Positions 48,016-56,198 of a DNA stretch of 56,198 bases are shown here, piece after piece. The position numbers and the translations under genes were made by a program. The stretch is from Ancylonema sp. Lineage: Eukaryota. The notes below the pieces were generated by a model. The model was not told the DNA's origin, searched no databases, and saw only the letters and a program-made list of their open reading frames with translations. Position 1 is the first letter of the stretch. Every line of letters begins with the position of its first letter. The stretch lies in NCBI GenBank assembly GCA_050230475.1, contig JBFLGF010000003.1, positions 124,001 to 180,198 on the forward strand, written 5' to 3'.

Positions 48016-48549
48016 TGTTGAGTGTGTAATGCTAAGTGTGACGCGTGCCCAGCCGCGGACTGTTGAGCACGTAATGCCGAGATCGGCGCGTGCCCAACCG
48101 CGGACTATATTTCCGTCTGATTCGACTATTTCCTAGATTCGTTAAGTTCGATTCAATTTAATTCGTACGATTAACTTCGTATAATTCGCGCGATTCGTTA
48201 AACTTCGTGAGAACTTAGATCGAGCCAAGCTGACCTCTCATTGGTCAGCTTGGCGCCGTCGCGGCAATGACTCTAGCCTCCGCGCCACGTCCTTGTCCTA
48301 TCGTCTTATCCGAGCAAAGACTTACTCCTGTACTCTGTCAGAGATAAGCTAATACTTCTAAGTGATCTATTCCGAGTCAAGTATGCGAATGCTCAACAAA
48401 TACTCATACGAGAAAATGAGTATTTCACAGAGCCGTGCCATCCGAAGGCACCAGATTCAGGGCTACAAGCAGGGCAACAAGTAATCAACTAAACAAAGAC
48501 AACTACTCTCATTGGTCAGCCAGACTGAAAGGGATACTTATGGTCAACA
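48016..48549 (+). repeat. Putative 5' LTR of the copia element (compound structure)
   Basis: TGTTGA...TCAACA ends immediately upstream of the gag-like region; second LTR not visible; no recognisable PBS. Confidence 0.5.
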
Positions 48550-50522
48550 AGGTCTAGGACATAGTAAATGAGCAACGTATCAGACCACCGCGACCAGCCG
48601 TACACGAGTTGGGTGTAGAAGTTGCGCCTCCGGAAGCCATCGCGGCAGCAACAATCGCTGCCGACAAGTATGATAGATACCTTGAGGACTACACCAGGGG
48701 CAGCGTGCCTGCTGGCCGAGTCTATCTCCAACACTGAACTCGTGGCTATCACCACAGTCCTAGAAGATCCAGTCGCCATCTGGACCAAACTTTAGCGAAA
48801 ATTCGCACGAGTGTCAGAATTGGGGAAATATGCAGCTCATAAAGCCCTCTTTCAGTTTCAACATCTGGAAATCGAAACTGCAAAGGAGACAATATCCAGG
48901 TTTGAATCAGTGGTGGCCAAGTGCGTGCAGCAAAAAGTCCGCATGTAGGATGACATCTTGGAGCGGCAACTCCTTGATCAACCCCCAACGATCGGTACAT
49001 TCACCTCAAGAGGACCTGGCTGCACTCTCGGCCCAATGACAGACAGGACCTTGAGGAGTTGTTCGCCTCCATGAGGGATGGACGATGACTACCAACGGCA
49101 ATCTGCCCCGCCTCCAGGATCGGCTGCCCTAGCAGATCTGGTTAAGGCAGAGGTGGCCAAGGCGGAGGTCTTATGGGTTCAGAAATATAAGAGTCCTTCA
49201 AAACAGGCTGGTGGCAGCCGACGTCCGGCGAATACCTACACCATGTGCTACTGCTGTGGTGAAAAAGGACACTACGCCAGCGACTATCCGGAGGCGGAAA
49301 TCGGCAAGTTGTGCATTCTGTAAAAAGAATGGTCACGTGGAGAAGGCGTGCAAGAGCAAGAAGGACCAACAAGAAAAGGGTCCTGGTGGGGAGGCACCTT
49401 TCTTTCATGGTGGTCATGTAGCTCTTGTTGAGTTTGCACACAATGATTTTCATCATAGTGTGCACATGCAACAGCAGGAGGTGCAAGGTGGGCAAGCGGG
49501 TGAGGCACTTGCAATCATGAACGACTCATCCCTGTCTACGAGCTTTCTCGCCGACACTGGAGCCAGCCATCACATCTGCCACAACCCATCCTACTTCTGT
49601 GATCTTTCCCCCCTCCCACGTCCATTCATTGTCAATCATGTGGATGGCAGTGTGGATGTCACACACATTGGGACGGTCACTCTGGAAGTGGACTCAGAAG
49701 TGGGAACAATTTCTTAAATTGGAGAACGTTTTACTCATGCCATCCATGCACTTCAACATCGTCTCATTACAAAGGCTGAGGGCAGCCAACTTCATCTACA
49801 CGTTCAACGAGGTTCCGGGAAAGGCGGTCATAAGGAATGCTCAAGGGGGCATGGTAGCCCTCATGTCAAAGTCTAGGACTAGCAGGTTGACACTAGACTC
49901 CAAAAAATTCTATCTATGGCTACTCCTCTCCCTTCAAGCCGGCTCGTGGAGGTCTCTAGCAACCCTCTAGGTCAAAATGGAGAGGGGGCCCTCCAGCGAC
50001 TCCTGCGGGGGGACGTGGCAACATGGATAGATCAGGCAGCCCCTCCCCCACTTGCACATACAGACGGGTCAGAGTCAGGAGTGACGGAGAGCCCACCAGC
50101 GGACGGTGCACCACCCTGCAATGAGGTCCCGCAGCCCCGACACTCAGAAGCTCCGGTGGCCCCGGCAACGGTCCACTCTCCACCAGCCGCTGAAGCTCCA
50201 GCGGAGGCCACAACCAAGGAGAACCCACCTGCAGCGCAAGTCCAGGCCCCGGCGGAGGCTCCAGCGACGGCCCCAGCCCCAGCGCAGGCCTCAGCGACGG
50301 TCCCAGCCCCAGCTAAGGCCCCAGCCGCGGTCCCAGACCCAGCGCAGACTCCAGGAGAGGAGAGTACCCCTGAAGCGCAAGTCCAGGCCCCGGCAGAGGC
50401 CGCAGCGCAGGCCCCAGCCGAGGAGAGCTCACCTGCAGCGCAAGTCCAGGCCCCGGCGGAGGCCCTAGCGACGGCCCCAGCCCCGGCGCAGGCCCCAGCC
50501 ACAGTCCCACCCCCAGCGGAGG

Positions 50523-50813
50523 TGTTAGGACCACTCCCTTTAGTCACTAGTGTTCCTTTAGTCACTAGTGTTCCTATAGCGAGTAATCCTAACCCGCACT
50601 TGTGTGCTTCTAGTGTGTGTTGAGTTGTGTCTTTAGAGTGTAGATCCTGTTTTGTCTTTTAGTGTGTTTCTAGTTATCCCATATTCTAGTTGTGTTCATT
50701 AGTATAAATAAGTGCTAGTCCTTGCTCCTAAAAACCTTCTTAAAAGTGCACTTTCATATTACCCTCTTTTGCACTTTTATGTGAATGCGCTTTTCTCCTA
50801 TCGCGCCATTACA
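50523..50813 (+). repeat. Gypsy 5' LTR
   Basis: tgttaggaccactccc...cgccattaca; TATA tataaata at 50703; matches 55333-55631. Confidence 0.92.
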
Positions 50814-50855
50814 CTTTTTTAGGAGAAAAAATTTCGCGTTTGCTCATTCATTGTG

Positions 50856-53800
50856 ATGGCTGATTTTGATGCCCAACAAGCCTATGCGCAAGCACAGGCT
50901 CATCAAAATCAATTTGAACATGATCAGGCACGCATTCTTTCATATGGAAAATACCATTGCACAAAAAATGGGCAATGCCTGCCCTTCACCAATTACAAAA
51001 CGTTCCTCAACCAGCCCCCCCACCTCATTTTCATCCTAACCTCAACCTATCTCCTCCTCCACCCTTTTCGTGTTCCCCCCTCCTCTTTCCTACGTTCAAA
51101 ATGAAACTTAGACATTTTCTGGTTGGCAATCGCAATACCTATCCTGATTCTGAAAGCCAGCTACTCTATGCGGGTCAGCTTCTGGATGGTCCAGCCTATC
51201 TCAGTGGTACCAGTCCATGGTGGATCCCGACACTTTTCAGCTCCCCCTCTCCTATGACCTCCACCGCTTTTTCCAGGAGTTGGAGGCGTTTTTTGGTGGA
51301 GCGGTCACTCTTCACTCGAGTGAACGCTCCCTGGATCTGTTGCGTCAAACAGGTTCAGTGTCAGACCAGACCTGGCCATTGCGTTTCAAAACATTACCCT
51401 CACACTTTTAATCCCCTCCCCGGTGGCCAGACCATCCCACCATCCCCTCATTTACCTTTTTCCCCGCAAGTTGCGGGAAACCATACCGCTCGCGGCCCCC
51501 TACCTTCCCGGCCTATGTGGCAGCTGCCATTTCTACCCCCTTTCCCTTCCCCACCCCCTGCCACCTTACCTTGCTGGTCCACGTACTCGTCCCTAGCCAG
51601 CCGCCTGTCCCCATCCAGGCTCTGGTCGACTCGGGTGCGTCCGACTCCTTTGTCGATCCGTCCTTCCTGGGCCAACACCTCCTGCAACCCTTCCCCCACC
51701 CCCAACCCGTCCAGTTAGAACTCATCGACGGCAGCTCCCCCTCTACTGGACCCATCACTCACTACTTTCCCACCCGGATCCGCATCACACATACCGAGGA
51801 TCTTACCTTTCAAGTGACCCGGTTGGGTCACTTTCCGCTGGTCCTTGGTTTTCCCTGGCTGTCCAGGCACAGCATAGACTGGTCTCGCGGGACCCTTTCG
51901 CCTCTCCCTTCTGCTCCTCAACCTGCCTCACATCCCCCTCCCCTCCCCTCCCTCCCCTCCCCCCCTCCCCTCCCCCCTCCTCTCCTCCTCTCTCCTTCCT
52001 CGCTGCTACCTCCCTTCTCTCCTTCCTCACCCCCGTTTCCCCCCCAGATCCCCTTCTTTACCCTCAGGTCCCCCCGGAGTATCATGATTACCTGGACGTC
52101 TTCTCGGAGGCGCAGGCCAACATCCTTCCCCCGCATCGCAAGTACGACTTGGAGATCGCCCTGCAGCCAGACGCTACACCACCCTGGGGCCCCATCTACC
52201 CCATGTCAGCACCAGAGCTGGTGGAGATGAAAACCTACCTGAAGGACAACCTAGCCAACGGCTTCATCAGGCCCTCGAAGTCCCCTGCTGCAGCTCCTGT
52301 GATGTTCGTGGCCCAAACCCGATGGCCATGCTGCGTCTGGTGGTGGACTACAGGGGTCTAAACAAGGTCACTGTCAAAAATCGCTTCCCCCTACCCCTCA
52401 TACCTGAGATGCTGGATCGCCTCCACCTTGCAAAGGTCTTCACCAAGATAGATCTGCGCAACCTACCACCAGGTGCGAGTCCGGGAGGGGGGGGACAAGT
52501 GGAAGACTGCCTTCCGATGCCGGGAGGGCCACTATGAATACCTGGTCTGCCCCCAAGCCACCAATGCACCTGCCTGTTTTCAGTATTTCATGAAAATGAC
52601 ATCTTAAGAGAGTACCTGGATGTCATTTGCGTCGGGCTGCTGGATGACGTCTCATCATCTTCTCTGAAGACCCCTCCAAGCATGTCGAGCACGTTCGCAG
52701 CGTCCTGCAAGTCCTGCGCGCCAACAAGCTGTATGCCACCCCAAGGTGCAGAAGTGGTGTGAGTTCAATCAGCCCGCAATGACCTTCGTGGGGTACATGG
52801 TCTCCCCAGCTGGCATCGGCATGGACCCAGCCAAAGTTCAATCCATTCTGGCATTCTGGAGTGGCCTGTCCCTACCTCAGAAACAGTCATTCCTGGGGTT
52901 TGCTAATTTCTACAGGAAGTTTATTGACAGCTATTCGCGTCTGGCAGCCCCACTGACTATCTCACCAGAAAGTCAGTGCGGTTTACCTGGTCAGACGCCG
53001 CAGCTGCAGCTTTCCGCTCCCTCCAGCTGGCCTTCACTCGGCCCCCATCCTCCGCCACTTCCAGCCAGACCTGCCCCTCACAGTGTGGAGGCAGATGCCT
53101 CGGACTTCGCCCTCGGGTGTGTCCTGTCGCAGCCCTCTGAGGATGGACACCTGCACCCTATCTGCTTCTACAGCAGAAAATTTACCCCGGCGGACCGATC
53201 TATGATAAAGAGTTGTTAGCAGTGGTGTCTGCCTTTAAACAGTGGAGAGTGTACTTGGAGGGGGCTGCGCACCCGATTCGGGTGTTCAGCGATCAAAAGA
53301 ACCTGGAGTACTTCTCCCAGGCTCGCACAACATCCCGCCGCCATGCCAGGTGGGCAGCAGCCCTAGCTGCCTATGACTACACTCTACACTATCACCTACC
53401 GCAAGGGGGCCAGCAATGGCCTTCCAGACGCCTAGTCCCGGCGCTCCGACTATCTCCCCCCCCCCCTCCCCTCCTTCCCCATCCTTTCCCCTTCCCCCTC
53501 CCTTCCTGGCACAGATCCCCTTCTTTTCACCCCCACCTGCTTGGTGCTGCGGTGCTGGTGTCGCCTTCGGATCCCCTCCTCCCTTTCATTGCTGCTGCCC
53601 AGGCGAGGGATGCAGGCCTCTCTGCAATCATCCAACAACAGCTGCAGGGGGGGCCTGGCGGGGAATCAAACCCCGCCCTTGCCGGGGGGCAAGCCCCTTC
53701 AGGCAGGTCGGGGGGAGGGCCCTACAGCATGCAAGGTGGCCTTCTACAGCCACAGCAGAGCCGAATCCTAGTCCCGCCAACTGCTGCTCCTCATCCTAAA

Positions 53801-55076
53801 AATTTTGCAGCAGTACCATGACTCACCTCTGGCGGGGCACTTCGGCGTGGCGCGGACGCAGGCCCTCGTCGAGCAGTACTTCCAGTGGCTAGGGTTGGCC
53901 ACCACATTGGAGCGGTACGTGCGCAGCTGCGACGCCTGCCAGCGCAACAAGGTCGTTCGCCATGCGCCTTTCGGACTCTTATCCCCCCTCCCCATCTACC
54001 AGGCCCTGGCTAAGCGTCTCGCTCGACTGGATCACTGACCTACCCCCGAGCCACTATCATGACGCGGTGCTGGTGGTGGTGGACGCCTAACTAAGCAGGC
54101 GATCTTCATTCCTACCACCAAATCCATGGCTGCCCCGGACGTGGCAACCCTGTTCGTCCAGCATGTGGTCGGGGTTCACGGCCTGCCCGAAACCCTGGTG
54201 AGCGATCATCGTGATCCGGTCTTCACTTCGCACTTCTGGCGGCGACTCCTGGAGCTGTGTGGGATTCGGGCCAACCGGTCGTCGGCATTCCACCCGCAGA
54301 CGGATGGGCAGACGGAGCGGCTCAACTCGGTGCTGGAGCAGTACCTGCGCATGTTTTGCGACTACCAGCAGACCAACTGGGCCAGCCTCCTCCCCTTGGC
54401 AGAATTCAGCTACAACAACTCTAAGCATTCTGCCACATCCCTGACCCCGTTTTTCGCGAATTACGGGTTCCATCCCAGCATGTCCCTACTGCCCCCATCC
54501 CCGAGCTCTAGAACCCCCGCAGCCGACTCGTACGTGCAGAGGCTTCGCGAAGCCCAGGAGATTCTGCAGTCGAGCTCCTCAAAGCTCGGAAGGCAATGGA
54601 GGTCTCAGCCAATCGGCGTCGCCGACCGGCTCCCAACTTGATCCCTGGCCAGAAAGTGTGGCTGCTGCGTCGTCACATCAAAACGACGCGACCCTCATCC
54701 AAATTGGATGTTCGTCGACTTGGCCCCTACGCTGTCATTGGCCAAGTTGGTACTTCGGCCTATCGCCTGGCTCTGCCCGCCTCCATGCACCTCCATCCGG
54801 TGTTCCATGTCACTCTTCTGGCGCCGCATGTGGCCAACACGTTCCCGGATTGCGTCGTGGCCCCTCCTCTCCCTACCCAGGTGGATGGTTTTCCTGAGTT
54901 TGAGGTCAATCTCATCGTGAATTCTCGTTATTTCCACCGCAAACTTCAGTACAAGGTGGATTGGGTGGGGTACCACAGCTCGGATCTGACGTGGGAGCCT
55001 GTGGAGAACCTGGCCAACGCTGGCCATTGCTGATTTCCATGAAAAAAACCCCGACAAGCCACGTCCTCGGGCTTGA
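50856..55076 (+). pseudogene. Frameshifted gag-pol of the chromovirus
   Basis: Gag LRQTGSV; protease [52 protein letters not shown]; RNase H EADASDFALG, IYDKELLAV; integrase HDSPLAGHFG..CDACQ, HPQTDGQTERLN, GPY; chromodomain YKVDWVGY...TWEP.ENL. Confidence 0.9.
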
Positions 55077-55332
55077 TTCCGCATTTTCCTACTTAGTTAG
55101 ATTTTTTCCGAGATTCTCGGAACATTGTATTTGAATGTGTTTTTTTAGCTTTTCTAAGAAGATATGACGCAATATATTTTCTGTTTCTCCTTTTATTTCT
55201 TAGATTTTGTTTTCAGTTGCTGCGATGTTTTCTAGTTTTCAGATATGACGCGATATTTTCTCTTTTTCATTTTTCCTTAGATTTTGTGTCTCGTAGCCGT
55301 AGTCTCGTCTACTCGTTTTAACGGGGGGGTAC

Positions 55333-55631
55333 TGTTAGGACCACTCCCTTTAGTCACTAGTGTTCCCCTATAGCGAGTAATCCTAACCCGCACTTGTGTG
55401 CTTCTAGTGTGTGTTCAGTTGTGTCTTAGAGTGTAGATCCTGTTTTTTCTTTTAGTGTGATTCTAGTTATCCCATATTCTAGTAGTGTTCATTAGTATAA
55501 ATAAGTGCTAGTCGCTCTTCATTTCACTTGCTCCACTTGCTCCTAAAAACTTCACTTCTTAAAAGTGCACTTTCATATTACCCTCTTTTGCACTTTTATG
55601 TGAATGCGCTTTTCTCATATCGCCCATTACA
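55333..55631 (+). repeat. Gypsy 3' LTR
   Basis: tgttaggaccactccc...cccattaca, preceded by the PPT and followed by TSD ggagg. Confidence 0.92.
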
Positions 55632-56198
55632 GGAGGCCCCAGCCGAGGAGAGCCCACCTGCAACCGCGGTCCCAGCCCCAGCAAAGGCCCCAGCCGAGGT
55701 CAGAGCACCAGCGCAAGCCCCAGCCGCGGTCCCACCCCCAGCGCAGGCCCCAGCCGCGGTCCCAGCCAGGAAGGAGGCCCCAGCCGAAAAGAGCCCACCT
55801 GCAGCCGCGGTCCGAGCCCCAGCGCAGGCCCCAGCCGAGGAGAGCCCACCTGCAGCGCAAATCCGGGCCCCGGCGGAGGCCCCAGCTACGGCCCCACCCC
55901 TTGCGGAGGCCCAAGCCAAGGTTCCAGCCCCTGCCCTAGCGCTAGAAAGCCCAGTTGCAGCCCAGGTGCAGGCCTCGGCGGAGGCCCCAGCCGCGGTCCC
56001 AGCCCCATCGCAGGCCCCAGCCGCAGTCCCACCCCCAGCGGAGGCCTCAGCCGAAAAGAGCCCACCTGCAGCCGCGGTCCTAGCCCCAGCGGAGGCCCTA
56101 GCCCAGGTCAGAGCACCAGCGCCGGCCCCTGTCGCGGTCCCAGCCACAGTGGAGGCCCCAACCGAGGTCCCAGCCCCTGCCCTAGCGCAAGAGAGCCC

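Larger units (their letters stand above)
50523..55631 (+). mobile_element. Ty3/gypsy chromovirus (Tcn1/Tf1-like) LTR retrotransposon with both LTRs, 5109 bp
   Basis: Two LTRs TGT...ACA; 5-bp TSD ggagg (50518-50522, 55632-55636); G-run PPT just before 55333; domain order gag-PR-RT-RH-IN-chromodomain. Confidence 0.95.
48016..56198 (+). mobile_element. Ty1/copia LTR retrotransposon relic, interrupted by a gypsy element and running off the window
   Basis: Gag-like DPVAIWTKL*RKF..ETISRFE (~48568-49200) with stops and frameshifts; zinc knuckles CYCCGEKGH and CAFCKKNGHVEKAC; copia protease FLADTGASHHIC and LENVLLMP..FNIVS; no integrase seen; Pro/Ala repeat follows. Confidence 0.8.

Noticed and set aside
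48550..48565. Half-tRNA primer site for the copia element
   Set aside because: Read in the copia half-tRNA register it would need a CUA anticodon, which is not credible.
55596..56147. Minus-strand Ala/Gly-rich ORF (also 50032-50565)
   Set aside because: Antisense shadow of the plus-strand Pro/Ala repeat.

Overview
Intron-rich eukaryotic nuclear DNA. A green-lineage origin, probably a streptophyte alga, is inferred from a nuclear complex I 75-kDa gene, a plastid-type KsgA/PFC1, plant-type EPSIN2 and DWA2, and a Tcn1-like chromovirus. Hand-spliced gene models: NDUFS1 (+, 8 exons, 727 aa), AK6 (-, 3 exons, 172 aa), EPSIN2-like ENTH genes (one intact copy A; copy B split into two pieces), PFC1 (-, 8 exons, 377 aa), DWA2/EIPR1 (-, one intact 12-exon copy and one transposon-interrupted tandem copy), and two orphan genes. 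A single N at 13351 joins two contigs that share about 5.3 kb of near-identical sequence, so the second AK6 and the NDUFS1 tail are probably assembly or haplotype redundancy, although the two versions differ structurally at the epsin locus. Mobile DNA includes a hAT-like MITE with TIRs and an 8-bp TSD, and a three-level nest inside DWA2 copy 2: DNA-transposon end, then a Ty1/copia relic, then a complete Ty3/gypsy chromovirus with a GGAGG TSD. That chromovirus has no tRNA primer-binding site but shows a Tf1-type self-priming complementarity and an LLDD reverse-transcriptase motif. No CRISPR array, rRNA or tRNA was seen, and no clearly new multi-gene system could be supported. The best leads are the self-priming chromovirus, the copia Pro/Ala repeat ORF and the orphan membrane protein with triplicated L-x-x-[IV]-W-[DE]-[KR] motifs.
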